From positions 355,574 through 419,573 of the forward strand of contig NC_069005.1 of NCBI RefSeq assembly GCF_001194135.2: DNA of 64,000 nt, written 5' to 3'. Made by a program: the position numbers and the translations under genes. The DNA comes from Octopus bimaculoides (taxonomy: Eukaryota). Position 1 is the stretch's first letter, and the number at the start of each line of letters is the position of its first letter. The notes beneath the pieces are model-generated. The model was given only the letters and a program-made list of their open reading frames with translations, made no database searches and had not been told where the DNA came from. This document shows, in pieces, positions 63,036 to 64,000 of this stretch.

Positions 63036-63477
63036 GCACAACATAAAACATATAACTGACAACAGTAAGTTTAAGGTGAATCGGGAAAAGCTGTCCTTCG
63101 AAGTCCCATACTTTGGCGGAAAGGAACAGGATAAGTTTCCCCACCCGATCGCCCCCCACCGCTTTCATTTTCTAATATTCTTGGGTTCGATTCCAATATA
63201 AATCGAAAAATTCGACAATGCTTTTGCACACACCTCCCACGCCCCGTTTACTTTCGTAATCTCTTCTTTTTTGCACGAGGAATGGGACTTCGCAGGATGA
63301 CTATCCCAAAAACTACTAAAAATACACCCTAGACGACGATAATAGCAAACCAGAATACATGTATGTGTGTGTATACATACATATACACCATCAATGACGA
63401 ATAGAGAATACATACATACATCACATCCATAATAGCAAGACAGAATACATATATTTACACACACATTTATATATATC

Positions 63478-63524
<47 letters not shown>

Positions 63525-63596
63525 TAGTAAGACGGAGGCGAGCAATCCAAAATTTGGAAGTCAGTGCCGACTTTTTCCTTGTAAATGTTTTGGCAG

Positions 63597-63737
63597 TCCT
63601 TCGATATTGGTAGGCTTATGTCAATCACCCCCACAACCTTTCCTTATGACATAGATAAAGAGGCGAGGCTGAAAAAAAGAGGGTGAATGACGTCGTCGTC
63701 TCCTCATACAGACACTCAGTAGACCAATACCGAAGGA
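63597..63737. mobile_element. About 140-bp inverted-repeat-bounded element, copy 2
   Basis: 15-bp inverted ends with 1 mismatch, TCCTTCGATATTGGT / ACCAATACCGAAGGA; shared internal cacaacctt...tgaatgacgtcgtc. Confidence 0.6.
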
Positions 63738-64000
63738 ATGTCATTGTTTTATATATAGACACACACTTACAAGCCATAACACCAAGACAGAATACGTACA
63801 CACATCATCCACAGTCGGAACACAATACGTACATCTGAAATATACACACACCAAACACCACAGACAGAGGCATAAAAGATCACATTTATATCTCGCATAT
63901 ATATATATACACACACACTATATATATATAACAGATACTAATCGCAAGCCATGTATTACGTAGTAATGTAATATATTACACACGAAATATGACATCTATA

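Overview
AT-rich, microsatellite-dense eukaryotic DNA with several N gaps. The repeat content looks like an octopus (coleoid cephalopod) short-read assembly; that species assignment is my inference. The only protein-coding gene I can support is a complete LIS1 (PAFAH1B1) on the minus strand. It has 12 coding exons, all with GT-AG introns, summing to 1227 nt = 408 aa plus stop (LisH, coiled coil, WD40 repeats), from ATG at 37264 to TAA at 1788. Upstream are candidate non-coding 5' exons and a CpG-richer region at about 39.2-42.2 kb. At 41.3-41.5 kb that region looks like a bidirectional promoter: CRE and ETS motifs flanked by divergent GTGAGT donors. I recognise no gene in 41.5-64 kb. The rest is tRNA-derived SINEs, decayed LINE and Penelope-like fragments, MITEs and simple repeats. 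Most ORFs in the supplied track are microsatellite, gap or chance artefacts. I found no clearly new biological system. The best leads are the putative divergent transcript, LIS1 5'UTR uORFs, and an inverted SINE pair carrying a decayed hammerhead-like motif. Repeat boundaries are approximate and judged by eye.
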